A stretch of 64,000 nucleotides of DNA. Source: the human T2T-CHM13v2.0 reference genome, Homo sapiens. The notes beneath the pieces are model-generated. The model did not search any database. It saw only the letters and a list, made by a program, of their open reading frames with translations, and was not told the origin of the DNA. Where the stretch lies: assembly GCF_009914755.1 (NCBI RefSeq), contig NC_060927.1. One strand, written 5' to 3'. A program made the position numbers and the translations under genes. This document shows positions 13,224 to 27,214 of this stretch, piece by piece (positions within the stretch are counted from its first letter, which is position 1; each line of letters begins with the position of its first letter).

Positions 13224-14440
13224 GCAGAAGTCTGGAGAGCTATGCTGGATGCTGTAAGGCAGGTGCTCAAGCAGAAGTCTGGATAGCTATGCTGGATGCT
13301 GTAAGGCAGCTGTTCAAGCAGAATTCCGGATTCCTATTCTGGATACTGTCAGGCAGGTCCTCAGGCAGAAGTCTGGATAGCTATTCTGGATGCTGTCAGG
13401 CAGGTCCTCAAGCAGAAGTCTGGATAGCTGTGCTGGATGCTGTAAGGCGGGTGCTCAAGCAGAAGTCTGGATAGCCATTCTGGATGCTGTAAGGCGGGTG
13501 CTCAAGCAGAAGTCTGCATAGCTATTCTGGATGCTGTAAGGCAGGTGCTCAAGCAGAAGTCTGGATAGCTATTCTGGATGCTGTAAGGCAGATGTTCAAG
13601 CAGAAGTCTGGATAGCCATTCTGGATGCTGTAAGGCGGGTGCTCAAGCAGAAGTCTGGATAGCTATTCTGGATGCTGTAAGGCAAGTGCTCAAGCAGAAG
13701 TCTGGATAGCTGTGCTGGATGCTGTAAGGCAGGTGCTCAAGCAGAAGTCTGGATAGCTATGCTGGATGCTGTAAGGCAGCTGTTCAAGCAGAATTCCGGA
13801 TAGCTATTCTGGATGCTGTCAGGCAGGTGCTCAAGCAGAAGTCTGGATAGCCATTCTGGATGCTGTAAGGCAGGTGCTCAAGCAGAAGTCTGGACCAGCT
13901 ATGCTGGATGCTGTCAGGCAGGTGTTCAAGCAGAAGTCTGGATCAGCTATGCTGGATGGTATAAGGCGGGTGCTCAAGCAGAAGTCTGGATAGCTATGGT
14001 GGATGCTGTCAGGCAGGTGTTCAAGCAGAAGTCTGGATAGCTATTCTGGATGTTGTCAGGCAGGTGTTCAAGCAGAAGTCTGGATAGTTATGCTGGATGC
14101 TGTCAGGCAGGTGCTCAAGTAGAAGTCTGGATAGCTATTCTGGATGCAGTTAGGCAGGTGTTGAAGCAGAAGTCTGGATAGCTGTTCTAGATGTTGTCAG
14201 GCAGGCGTTCAAGCTGAAGTCTGGATAGCTGTTCTGGATGCTGTCAGGCAGGTGTTGAAGCAGAAGTCTGGATAGCTGTTCTAGATGTTGTCAGGCAGGT
14301 GTTGAAGCAGAAGTCTGGATAGCTGTTCTAGATGTTGTCAGGCAGGTGTTCAAGCAGAAGTCTGGATAGCTGTTCTGGATGCTGTAAGGCAGGTGTTGAA
14401 GCAGAAGTCTGGATAGCTATTCTGGATGCCGTAAGGCAGA
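13224..14440 (+). repeat. Minisatellite/VNTR: 47-bp unit gcagaagtctggatagctattctggatgctgtaaggcaggtgctcaa, 25 full copies plus 1 partial
   Basis: Unit starts at 13224, 13271, 13318 ... 14401. The span of 1177 nt equals 25x47 plus two 1-nt insertions (tggaccagct ~13891, ggatcagct ~13940). Confidence 0.96.
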
Positions 14441-14444
14441 TTCA

Positions 14445-15350
14445 GACATCAGGTGACTCCTTAATTTATATCTCTTAGCCTTGTCCTCTCTTCTGAGCTC
14501 CACTCCTTATATCCAGTAGCCTCTTTACCAGCTCCTCTTCAGTGTCTGAAAGGCACTTCAAACTGGAAACCTGGTCTAATGAATGGGACCACAATCCATC
14601 TGGTTTGAAAAGTCAGAATCTAGGTGTCATGCTTGACACCTTCCCCTGATCTCTCCATATCCCATCCATGTCCACTTCCTTCCATCTCCTCCACCAGCAC
14701 TGACATCCTCTTCCTCCTGGATGATGACAAAGCCTTACTGTGTGACTTACTGTGTCCACGCTGGTGCCCCATGCCATCCCTCCTCCAAAATGCAGCCAGA
14801 GAGGTTTTATACAAACATAAATCTAATTGAGTCATTTCCTTTCCTTCACTTAAAGTTCTTCAGTGGCTTCTCTGCTGCTCTCAGGAGTAAGATGAAGGCT
14901 CTTAACATTGCCCGCAAAACCCTGCATGTTCTGACATGTCTGAGTATCTTACACCTCTCGTTTTCTGCCCTCTCGGTAGACGGGCCTTCTCAGTTCTTCC
15001 TGCCTACTAGAGTGTTTGTGTATGCTGTTCATGGCAAGAAGGCTTTTCCTTTCCCTCTTGACCTTTATGCCTCAGTTCACATATCATTTCCTCAGACAAG
15101 TCTTTGCAGACCTTTCTGATTAGGGTAAGTTCCTCCAATATAGGCTCTTCCATAAATTTTCCCTCATAGAACTTGTCAGAATTGAACTTTTACACATGTC
15201 CATGGGATTCTCTAATTAATGTGTGCTTCAGTAGACATAAACTCAGTGGCCTGCTTCTGTCACCCTGAACTGCCAGCACCTAGCCCAGTGCTTGACACAG
15301 AATAGGCACATAATAGTTCCTTGCTGAGCAAAATGAATGATTCATTAAAT
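14445..15350 (+). mobile_element. L2 3' region
   Basis: L2 motifs ctctcttctgagctcca, aatctaggtgtcatgcttgacacc and cagcacctagcccagtgcttgacacag, ending in a (tgaa)n-like tail. Confidence 0.75.
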
Positions 15351-18300
15351 GAAATGAGTCAGAAGGGAAGTTGGATTAAATGACTCAAAAATGTCTAACT
15401 ATGGTTTGAAGTTCATTTTAAGAGAAATCTACCTGGGAGTTCTATGTGTGAATCAAAAAGGAAGACTAGGCAGGTCTGGGCAACTCCAGGACGTGAGGGA
15501 TGAGAGAGAAGGGATAACAATGAACAAAACGTTGATGTTCTCATAAATGATGATGCTCTCAACAGTAGCAGTGCTATGGCACTGCAGTCAGATGCTATTT
15601 GGATTACACATGAAATTTCCTAGTGTCACCAAATAGACTTGGTTATGTGTGCATATGTATTTTTTTTTACCAGCTATTTATATTCAACTGGAGTCAACAA
15701 AACAGTCTCTCACGATTGACAATAGGAAGAAATGACATTCACATTCCAGAGCAATTGGAAAAATCTATTATAGTCAATATTTGTGCCTTTTGTGACTAAG
15801 TAGAACAAATTCTAGACTATTCATTTGGTTCTCAAATGTTGATTTTTTCAGAGAAAAATGGGTGCGGAGAGTAATGAAGGGCTCTGTGGGACATGGTGTG
15901 GGCCTGGGAGGGATTTCTGTACCAGCACGTGGCCTTTCTTCCCTCTTCCAATCCTGGGAGCTCAATGTTCAGCTAAGGGCCATTTTTCTGTTCAAATATT
16001 TTACAAGAACAATTTCCTGATGTTTTTTCATATTCTTTCTCTATAAGGAAGTTTCCCCTCAATCGATGTAAGTTCTTTTGTAGAAAGACCATTAATTTGG
16101 CACAGTAGGTACCTCCATCAGCTGAGCCCAGCTTAGCCTATTGTAGATAATGGATAAATCTCACCAAATTATGGAAAATTAAAAATTAAAAAGAACTTTT
16201 GTGGGGAGGGAGTATTTTAGAAATCATACACAGTTCCAACTAAAATTTGACAAAATGAACATATTAACCAGTTCATAGTTATTAACAAAATTAAAACTAA
16301 ATACTTCAAATTTCTTAGAGGAATCTCTTGCTTAGTAGTGGACACCCAGTGTCTATTAAAGATACACCCACACCCGATATGCTATTATTCCCAAATCACA
16401 GAAAACAGACATTCTATATTTCATAATCCTATCTACTATAGAATTTATTTAAAGAGTAATCTACCACAGTATATTTAAATTAATGTTTATTTTTAAAAAT
16501 TTTGCACATTTGGTACACTTTATTTTTCACAAAGCAAAGTATACCAATATTCCACTATTTAGTATCTCTTTAATAGACCTCGTTAAACTTGTTATTATAA
16601 TGAACACACCAATTCTTAAGTCCTGCTTCACTTTAAAAAATCTGTGTATAATCATATTAATTGTCACAATTATCTCTATAAACACGTATTGTGCTATGCA
16701 TCTACCATAATCGGGTCCTAATTAACACCTACTAAGAAAAGTAATTTAGAACTTTGGTTTCTAAAATAAAAAGTAGATGAGACAAAGTTTCCATAATGAG
16801 AAAAATCTTAATAAAAGAAAACTACAAGCAGAAATGCATGCTTTTGAATTCTAAAAGGAGCTCTTTTAAGAGCTGATATCAATATGCATAATATAAGGTT
16901 AAAAATCAAGATTAGATTAAAGTCATGTTCTAGGCATTTCATTTCCTTGAGTTTGTGGAAAATGAACTTGGTGTAGGTCAGAGATGTTACCACTAATTAT
17001 TTTCCTATTTTACTGAGGGGTACATGCCTTTGTAGTTAGATTGTAAAACCTGAGGGTCTACTCTCTAATTGTCTTTTAGAAAAATAAACATTCATTTTTG
17101 TCTCAAGATACAATGTTCTAATTATTATAGTCATTTAAATTTGCACGGTTTTCAAAGCTTAACCAGAAAAACCTGTTGAATTTTCATATCTAATCACTGA
17201 GGGGTCATGCTCAAGACTTACATCTATTATCTAACAATCAAATTAGAATTAAAGCTGGTACCAAAAGTCCAAACTTGGATTACTTTTCATTGTAGTATAT
17301 GTGCATTGCTATTAAGAATGTAACAAATACAAAAAAGGCTGATCTTGTACAGCAGTATTATTTTAGAAAAGGTACTTAACCTTTCTAAGCCTCACCTCTT
17401 CATCCGTAAGACTGGGATAATCGTAGTACTGAAGTCATGGCATTTTTGTTAGAGCACATGAAACAATGCATGTAACATGTTAAACACTGTGCCCAGTAGG
17501 GAGTAATGCTATTAATACCTAGTAAATATGCTATTAACACCTTCCACCGTGAATAGTATTTAACAGTTTAGTAAGTCTGTTCACAGTCATTTATTCCTTC
17601 CTTCATCCACACTTTGAGCAGTGACCAGGCATTTAGTCGGGCATGTATTGCTCTAGTACTGTGTAAGACAGGGAGTAAGGTGGACACAGCCACCTCCTTC
17701 AAAGAGCTCACAGTCTGACGGGCAGACAGATGTTAAAGCAAATAATTTATAAATAACTACATGATTATAGCTGTGATAAGAGCTATGAAGGAACAGTCTG
17801 AAAGGTTCTAAGTGTGTTTAACAGGAGCTTCATATCTAGTCTTTGGGGTCAGAGAAATAATGTTCAACTTGAGACTTAAAGGATGATGGATATCAGGATA
17901 CATGCTCAATCTTTCTGCAATTTCCAATCACCTGTGTGGTGTTATGATTTCATGACTGCAGAAGAAGAAACTGAGGCTTGCAATGTTTAGAGATCTGTCC
18001 ATGCTCTGAGCGGGGGCTCAGAAGCCAAGCACCCCAATGCCTCTTTGTGTGTGTGTGTGTTTTAAATTACATATGATGATGCCCTCTGTGGATCAGGAGG
18101 ACATTGAAGCAGGTTCTTCCCATATTTTCCAATTCTTCCACTTACTTCCTATGCAATTTTGTAAAGCTACTTAACTAAAAATTTTTGTTTTGCTACCTGA
18201 AAAACTGGGTTTATTAATGATTGTATAGATAAGTATTGAAACTGCACGAATATGATAATTAAGTGCATGTGATGAGGACTAATGGGGTTTATGAGGAATC

Positions 18301-19146
18301 CAACACAGAACATAATACCATAATATCCATTTTCAGATGGAAAAAAAATAGTGCTGTGGGGACTGGGGAGGGCATGGAAAAGGGAGCAGGGCAAATTGAA
18401 GTGGCTTCAGTGCCAGGCAGGTAACACATACGTGGCAAGCAGGCACATGCAGAATGTAGGGGAACTGTGGCTAATTTGAGAGTGCAAGCCCAATGTAAAC
18501 TATTTTAATTAAAAACTTTCTTAGACCTGTTGGAGGACTGTCAGTCTGTAAACCCAGAAAACACAACGAAAAGAAAAGCAAATAGGCAAATGACTAAAGC
18601 AGGAAGGGCCCTAGGCAATTAAAATGTCTTCAACTTTTGCAAATAATTAAAACCAGAACGTAGCCTTACCTCATTAATAAAAAGTTTAAGACACTTTTTG
18701 AAAGGCAATAAAATAATATTAAAAACTAAAATTAGATCTCTTTCTCCTCTGAACTGGAGTAGGACCTTAGACAATGTATACATATCATTTTGTGGGTAAA
18801 GTTAGGATATTTAGACAAGATAAAAAGTAATAAAGCACAGGATATTGCTTTTCTTCATAAACCCTTAATTTATTAAAAAGTCAGAATTAGCCTACTTTTT
18901 TTCTTTACTCTTAATGAGCAAAGAAACTTTTTTTTAGGGAAACAAGTTTATCATTTCAAGAAAACTTTCCATTTTGAATCACTAGCACAGCTTATTTACA
19001 AGCCGTGGTAGATAATTTCCATCATTTGGGCTTGGAAATAAGGCAAGAGAAGAAGAGAAGAAAGCTTCCCAGGAAGATGATGCTTAAAACTATTACGGTC
19101 ATGAGAAATTGCTTAAAGGGAGTCAGTAATTAAGAATGCACCTCTG

Positions 19147-19481
<335 letters not shown>

Positions 19482-19547
19482 CTAGGCCCAATGCTCACTA
19501 TTTGATCTCTGCAAGCCTCAGTTCCCTCATCTACAAAATAGTGATTA

Positions 19548-19752
19548 CTGAGTAGAGTTAACAATAATCTATTGTATATTTCAAAACAGCTAGAAGAAAG
19601 GTTTTGGATGTTCTCATCACCAAGAAACAATAAATGCTTAAGATGATGGATATGTTAACTTCTCTGATTTGATCATTACACAGTGTGTACATGCATTGAA
19701 ATATCATGTTGTACCCCATAAATTTGTACAATTATTATGTGTCAATCATAAA
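19548..19752 (+). mobile_element. L1MA-type 3' end fragment
   Basis: L1MA 3' UTR motifs acaataatctattgtatatttcaaaacagctagaag ... gtaccccataaat. Confidence 0.75.
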
Positions 19753-22700
19753 AAGGGTGATTATGATGGTATCTACATAAAAGGGTGTGAAAGAGGATTA
19801 AATGTATAGACTATGTAAAGGGTTCAGTGCTTAGAACGCAATAACAACTACTAAATGGTAGTTCGGATGATGATGATGATTTATTGCTAAATACCCTAAT
19901 CTGCTCAAATTATTTGGCTATCATTCATTCATTTAATCACTCAATCAACAAATATTTACTGAGCTCCTGGTAAGTACTAAGCATTGAGTTAGGTGCTAGG
20001 AATACAACAATAAATAGGACCCTGCAGTTCTCAGGCTTACATTTTAGTGGGGGAGACAGCAACAAGGAAGCAATCAAGTAAATAAGAAAATATCAGGTAG
20101 TGATAAATGCTGTGCTGAAAGTAAAAACTGAGTGATGTGACAGAAAGAGTGTCTTGGGGGTTGGTGGAGGGCATTGATTATTAGAGCCCCGAGTTCACCA
20201 GTAGTGAAAAAGTATCTGAAAATTCACAGTTCAACTAAAATATCTCAAAATTCATACTCATATAGTGTAGATAACCGTATATTATGTATTTCCCTATTAA
20301 ACCATAAACTAAAAAGTTGTTTAATATTTAACTATACATAGACTTTCTTTGTTAATAATTCTCGATTTCCTTCTTATTATATATTTTAATTAAAAATATT
20401 GATATTAAACAGAAAAATATATTTTAATTTTATAGCAAGTCTTAGAATTTTTCAAAATACAGAAGAGTATAAAGAAGAAACTAGAAATGTCCCATAATTA
20501 CTCTGACATCATACAATCATTGACATCAATCATGAATATAGTTGGAAAATTAAAATTCTGTAATAGAGAAGGATATGATACTAGAAGTAAAAGTCTTTTC
20601 TCACTGCCCCTGTCTCTACTAGTCCCTGTTTTCAAAGGTAATTATCAAGTTTCCTGTGTTTCCTTAAAAATTTTATGCATATATCATATGTAGGTAACTA
20701 TCTTTTTTATTTCTATCAATGAGATCATACTGAAACAACATTCTTGGTTTCTATTTTTCACTGACTGACACAGCTTTGAGACCTTTCCAGGCCATCACAG
20801 GCAGAGCAGGTCATTCTTCGTATAGCTGCATGATATCTTATTGTGTGGTTATTGAGTCAATTCCCTACTGTACACAAGTAGTTTGTCTCTGGATTTTTGT
20901 TATTACAAGCAATGTAGTCATAAATATCTAAAGGAGAAATGTAAAAATAGGTATGAGTCAATCCTGCAAAAGTAACACAATTGTCAAACTGATTAAATGA
21001 ATTTAATATTTAATATTATGTTTTATATTATTAAAGTTTTTTCAATATTTGGCAGAAATTTTACAGAAAAATTAAAATTCACTCTATAAATGGTTTGTGT
21101 CATCTTTGTTGTAACAGATTCCACAGATATTGATCAACAAGATCCATATTCAACAGATATTATTTCACACTTAAAATTTTTTTGACAAAAGAATGTGACT
21201 AGTTATGTTTCACTTTTATTGAAGATAGGGAAAAAGGATATATGATTCAAACGTAAGAGATGACTGAGTTTATTGTGAATTTTCACACATTGGAACTAAA
21301 GATTGTGAGATATCTTTAACCAACAATCCTAAGACAAGGCTAAGAAAAAGTCTGAGTTTAGAAAAGAAGAAATTAAAGAGTGTCTTGATTTATTTTGAAG
21401 TCAGAATCTAACTCCTTCTCCTTTTAAGTTCTCCTACTTCACAGCAGATTTTTAAAAATTTGAATCTTACTTTCATATTGTGGAACCAAAAGAAGAATTT
21501 TTAGTAAGGATTTCACCATTGCCAAAAATAGTTAGATGATTATTTCATGTTTTTTTGCTCGATGCATTAATTTACCCATTTGCAATTGTGCTAGGAGCTA
21601 GGGATGTCAGTCTCTTCTCATTTAAAAAGGAGTAAAAATCCAATAAGATGGCTGCTGTGGACAGGAGGGCACTTGGGAAAACTGCCTTGTAATTTTTAAG
21701 TAAGTTACTAGTTTTGATTTGTGCTTAGTGGACCACTGCATCTTGTCACTAGTAGCTGAATGCTCAACTTCAATAACCAGATCTGATTCTCTGGTTCATT
21801 TAAACCGGGGTCCCATTAATGAAAATAAGATCATCAGATTCCACAGTCTTCTACAATAGTTATTAGTTAATGTGCACTGGGAATTGACAAAGTGAAGAGT
21901 GTGAATGTGTGGTTTTTGGAAACACAATTATTTTATTAGTTTCATTAAAAGCTCTTGATCAAGTTATATGCTATTCAACAAAATGCACTCCAAAATAGTT
22001 ACAAGTTTTAAGGTTTCCTTTTCAGCTTGTGTGAAAACACTAGAAAGCACCCACAGAAAACAGCTACTTCTTTCTCCAGAGGTTTCACTGGGATCTCTCA
22101 ATATGTGCATTCATAATAAAATATCACAATTTACATGAGTAGCCCATAGTTAATTAAAGAGAACACATTTTCTCATGCAATTCAAATCTCACTGTGGGGA
22201 GTCTACTTTTTAGAAAGACACAAAAACAAGTAGTTCAAATGAAGAAATATCTCTTGGCTTTCCCATGATTAAAAAGCCTGTCCTTGGGCATTATTCATTA
22301 GCTACACCTTTCAAATGGCTTACACAAAGAACAATAATTATTACAATATTCACTGATAGTAAGCTTCAAAGCTCACAAATGTCAAAATCAGCAATTGAAA
22401 AGTATTTACAGAAAGAGAACCACAAAGTGCAATTTATGTTTGTGTAATCTTAGCTGGCATACATGTGCAATGAGATTTATTTAAGAAGTGCAATCATAAA
22501 CCCTATGGTTACAAACGAATATAATTGGGATTCACAGAGCAGAAGAAATATGCTATTAGATGACAATTATTCATTTCTGTATATATGACTCAAGTTCACT
22601 ACTATGCATTGAGAGCCCTTTTATGGAAATTGCAAAATATATATTAATATCCTCTTTTATGAGTTGGGTTCAAATATGGCCCATGAAAAAGTTTGTGTTT

Positions 22701-24149
22701 AATTATAACATTGAGTTAGTGATGCAATTAATATTTATCCAAATTCCCATTTAATTTCACACATTATAAGTGTCCTTCAAATTTAAATTGAAAAAGACAC
22801 TTAAAATATCGGGATATAGACTTGCACTTTCATTTAAAGACATAATTAATTCTTAAAACATTAAGCTAGAGAATAAAAGCATTTACAATGGCAAACAATT
22901 ATCTGATATGCTTTATAGTTTAGCATTCGTTATTGAAAGTTATCATAGCATATTAGATACAGATATAGCATTTGTTATAGAACACACTCTTATTTTATTC
23001 TGTGGTACATCTTCCATTCAGATTGAATTGTGACCCAAAGTGTTTACAGTAGCTGTCTGGGTAGTCAGATCTTTTTAATCCTTTTATGTATTTATTTTCT
23101 CAAGGCTCTTTAATGACCATGGATTGTATACAGTCTCTCTCTGTCTAAATATAGTATATATAGTAAGCATACAAATTCCCATTGTGTGTGCCTGCATTGC
23201 TATCAAAAAGTCCTACCTAAAGTTGGTAACTGTGGAAGCAGGTGATTGGGTACACAGGGGTTGTTCATCATACATTCTCTCGAATTTTCTGTAAGTTTGG
23301 AAATGTCATAATAAAGGACTAAATAATGTACTGCTTATTTATACATAGTCATCTGCAGGATTTATACTGAAAAGGTTACCAAATAGGTCCCAGTTCTCTG
23401 GGAATATACAATTTAGGACATGCAATATGATGAAGATTGACATATAGAAAATATCCCAAGAATAAATGAACATGGAATAAGTATAGAGAATAAAATGAGT
23501 TCACTTTTGAAATTTTCATATCATGGTTATCTCTTGTTTCTCCTTGACCTCCTTCAAACTTTGACCACTCTCTCATCCCCATCTATTACCTGAGAATCAC
23601 TGAGTCTTGCCAGTTTTCCTGGCAATTGCTCTCAGGGCCATTGCTTTCCACTTTCAAAGCTACTGTGAGTCTGGGCCTTTGCCATTTTAAGCCTGGATTG
23701 CTGCAGAGACATCTTAGTTGTGCTCCTTAATCTCTGCTATCACTTGATTTCAAAATTCACCTTGAATCCTGCTGTTAAATTCAACTTCCTAAAACAGAAG
23801 TTATCATTTCTCTACCTTAGGATACTGAAGCCCATTTCTCTTGTATTCTTCTAACACAGTCACTCTGCTTATACTAAGGCCCTTCTTATTAATCCCTCAG
23901 TAAACTTATCTACCCATTTTGCTGTCTCTTTGTTTTTGCTCAGTCTTCTGCTCCATCTTACACTTCCAACAACCTCACATCTATTTATTTATTATAAGTA
24001 CTTATTTATATAAGTATAGGTTGGATACTTTCAAGATCTACTTCTTCCTCCATACATGTCCTGTGATTACCATCATCATTTTACCTTTCATTCAAATACT
24101 TCAGTGTTTGTGAGTGTCACCTGAACGACATGACTTCTATGGGATAAGT

Positions 24150-24822
24150 GATCCAGTGGTCCATCCTAGACCAATTAAATCAGAATCCCTGGGGCATAGA
24201 CATCAGAAAAAAAATTTTTGACATTAAAAATGTCTCTAACCTGTAAGGAGGTGATTCTAACATATAGGTAGTTGAGAACCACTCATCTAGACAATATTAA
24301 ATTTCTTCATTTGTAAGTACTACTCATTAATTTGGTCAACAGCTCTGGTGTCTATCACAGAGGTAGAACACTGGCAGCCCTGACATGTTTTGTTTGGCCC
24401 ATGGAGTGTTTAAAAAAAATTTCAGACAATGTTTTAAAATTGGGAGATTTATCATAAACATTCACGTATCCAGCTCCTCTTGAAAAAAAATGGGAGATCT
24501 GGTGAGACTGGGCCTGCCTTTTTGAAAGGCAACACTGGCTAGAACTGAATTGTGGCTCTCCCTTCTAGACTGAGGGAGCTTCCAGTTGGCTTCAGTCCCC
24601 ACTACTCCCTACAACTCCCTCACAGGGGCTAAGTGTTAACTGCAATTTAATGTACTATTTGCACAGTGGTTAAAGTTACTGTTTCCCGTAATACCATAAC
24701 CATTTCTCTCACTGCTGAAGTTGAAAATATTTCTATGTGTCAAATACTCAGGCAACCGGCCCACTTTATTCATTTATGTTATCCTCCTGGCCTTGTTAGT
24801 AATCTGAGTTTGTAGCCCCTGG
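24150..24822. mobile_element. hAT-Charlie DNA transposon fossils (MER5-like at 24150-24283; MER102-like at 24360-24822)
   Basis: aatcagaatccctgggg...ttgagaaccact (MER5-like); gttttgtttggccc...gagtttgtagcccctgg (MER102-like). Confidence 0.6.
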
Positions 24823-24961
24823 CGTGGTATGTGGCAAGTATACTCTGTTAAGTGCGAAGGATATAGAAGAATGAGGTACAGTGCCCTTTTTGGAGGAAGT
24901 CACACTTTATGGGAGAGATGCAGACATATTACACTTATAATTTAGGTGCCTGAGTGTCTAC

Positions 24962-25126
24962 CTGATTCTGCTGATCTTAGAGGATGGCCTCCGAATTTTA
25001 TTTCAGTTTGGCGAAGTTTAGTCATGTTTAGCAGCTGTGTGACATGTGGAACATCTGTCATTAGTTGACAGCTTCGTGGTATAATATCTGTAGGCTCATC
25101 TGTTGAAAAGGGAACACCATAGACAG
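24962..25126 (-). CDS. CFAP20DC: CFAP20DC internal coding exon (165 nt, phase 1-1): [55 protein letters not shown]
   Basis: ctttatttccag|CTGTC...GAATCAG|gtagac; lies within ORF-track ORF 24942..25190; phase matches both neighbours. Confidence 0.93.
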
Positions 25127-25774
25127 CTGGAAATAAAGACAAACATTCATTTTCAAAATGTAAGCCATTTCTGCCAAATGGACCTATCATATAAATGAAA
25201 TCAATTAAAATTAAAGATTTTAGCGTATGACTTTGTACGAGTTATTCAACCTTTCAGCCCTGATTTTCTCATCTGTGAAATGAGCATGATAATTTTACTG
25301 CTTACTTCCTAGGGTAGACATGATTAAATGAGATAAAGCTTACACTATATGGAGCAAGTTCAGAGAACTATACAATAAATAAGAGCATGCATTGGAAATA
25401 TTCCATATTTTCTTTTCAATACTAGAGGTGTGACTTGAGAGAACTAGTTAGGTATGTGCCATTTAAGATTTCTGGGAGTACATCAGCTTATTTATATGAG
25501 ATCAATAAGTACAAAGATATTGAATAACCTAAGCACCCACAGCCATTATATGGGTAAATTAATTTTTTAACTTATTTGAAATAATTTTAGACTTTTAGAA
25601 AAGTTAAAAAAAAGTTCAGAGTTTCTTGTTACCCTTTACCCAGCTTCCTCTGTTAACATCTTACCTTTTAATATTTTCAAAATAATAGCTTATTATACTT
25701 ATAATGATATTTTATTTTAATTTCATTCATGTATATTTATATGGATATATTAATTGTCTCTTAAAAATTGCTTT

Positions 25775-26355
25775 TTAATTGACAAATAGGAATTGTACAT
25801 ATTCATAGTGATGTTTACATACACATAATATATGGTGAACAGATCAGGGTAATGAGCATATTCATCATCTCAAACATTTATCATTCCTTTTTGGTGGGTA
25901 CACTCAATATCTTCCTATCTATTTGAAAGTATATAACATATTATTGTTAACTATAGTCCTCTTACAGTGGTATTCCTCTTATCTAGCCATACATTTGTAT
26001 TCTTTAATACATCTTTCCCTACCCCTCCCTTCCCCCTACCATTTCCAGCATCTAGTATCCTCTGTACTTCTTTTTACTTCTAAGAGATCAACTTTTTAAA
26101 GCTTCCACACGAGTGAGAACACGTGGCATTCAACTTTCTGTTCCTGGCTTATTTCACTTAACATAATGTCCACTTCTATCCATGTTGCTGCAAATGACAG
26201 GATTTCATTCTTTTTTATGGCTGAATAGTATTCCATGGTGTTTGTATACCACATTTTCTTTATTCATTCATCTGTTGTTGGACACCTATGTTGATTCTGT
26301 ATCTCAGCTATTATGAATAGTGCTGCAATAAACATGGGAGTGCAGATGTCTCTCT
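25775..26355 (-). mobile_element. L1MA-type 3' end
   Basis: Motifs cagatcagggtaatgagcata, gttcctggcttatttcacttaacataatg and gctgcaataaacatgggagtgcagat. Confidence 0.8.
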
Positions 26356-26860
26356 GTAATTTTCTTTTTAGTAAATTTTCTGTTCATGTTTGTAAGCCAT
26401 TTTACTATTAGTACATTTTTCCTATTTACTTATATGACCTCTTTTATAGTAAATATATTAAGCTTTGTCATTTGTAGCAAGTGGGAATATAAATTAGTAT
26501 TAATATCCTAGAAAGACTTTACTATGTGTACCAAAGTCTTAAAAATGTTCATACCATTTTACTCAGTAATTTCATTTTATGAATCTATTCTAAAATTAAA
26601 AAAATTAGAAACTCAAGGATCTATGCAAATAAGCGTTTATAATTTCTGAAAAATAAACAACTTAAATTTCCAGCACTTGAGGAGTGTTAAGTACATAACA
26701 GTGTTTCATGGGATGAGACAGTAAAGAGCCACAATAAATTGAATTTATGAAGATGTTTTCACGATATGGGAAAGGCTTGAGATAAAAAGTTAAATGAAAA
26801 AAACAGATACAAAAAACTCTATCTCAACCATAGAAAATAAATTTATAAAATGTATGAATG

Positions 26861-27214
<354 letters not shown>

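Noticed and set aside
13224-14440. CRISPR-like array or repeat-protein ORFs (13220..13474, 13813..14040)
   Set aside because: Units are contiguous with no unique spacers, and the DNA is primate intron with no cas genes. The 47-bp unit is not a multiple of 3, and the frames hit stops.
15546-15610. C-box-like ATGATGA plus a 7-bp hairpin (gcagtgc-tatg-gcactgc) as a snoRNA or miRNA
   Set aside because: There is no suitably placed CTGA D box or terminal stem, the hairpin is too short, and it is antisense to the host gene.
24942-25190. ORF-track starts and stops around true exons (also 3909..4352, 9734..9946, 10560..10784, 8142..8336) as stand-alone genes
   Set aside because: Their ends run into intron. 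The coding cores are bounded by AG/GT and join in frame as one spliced gene.
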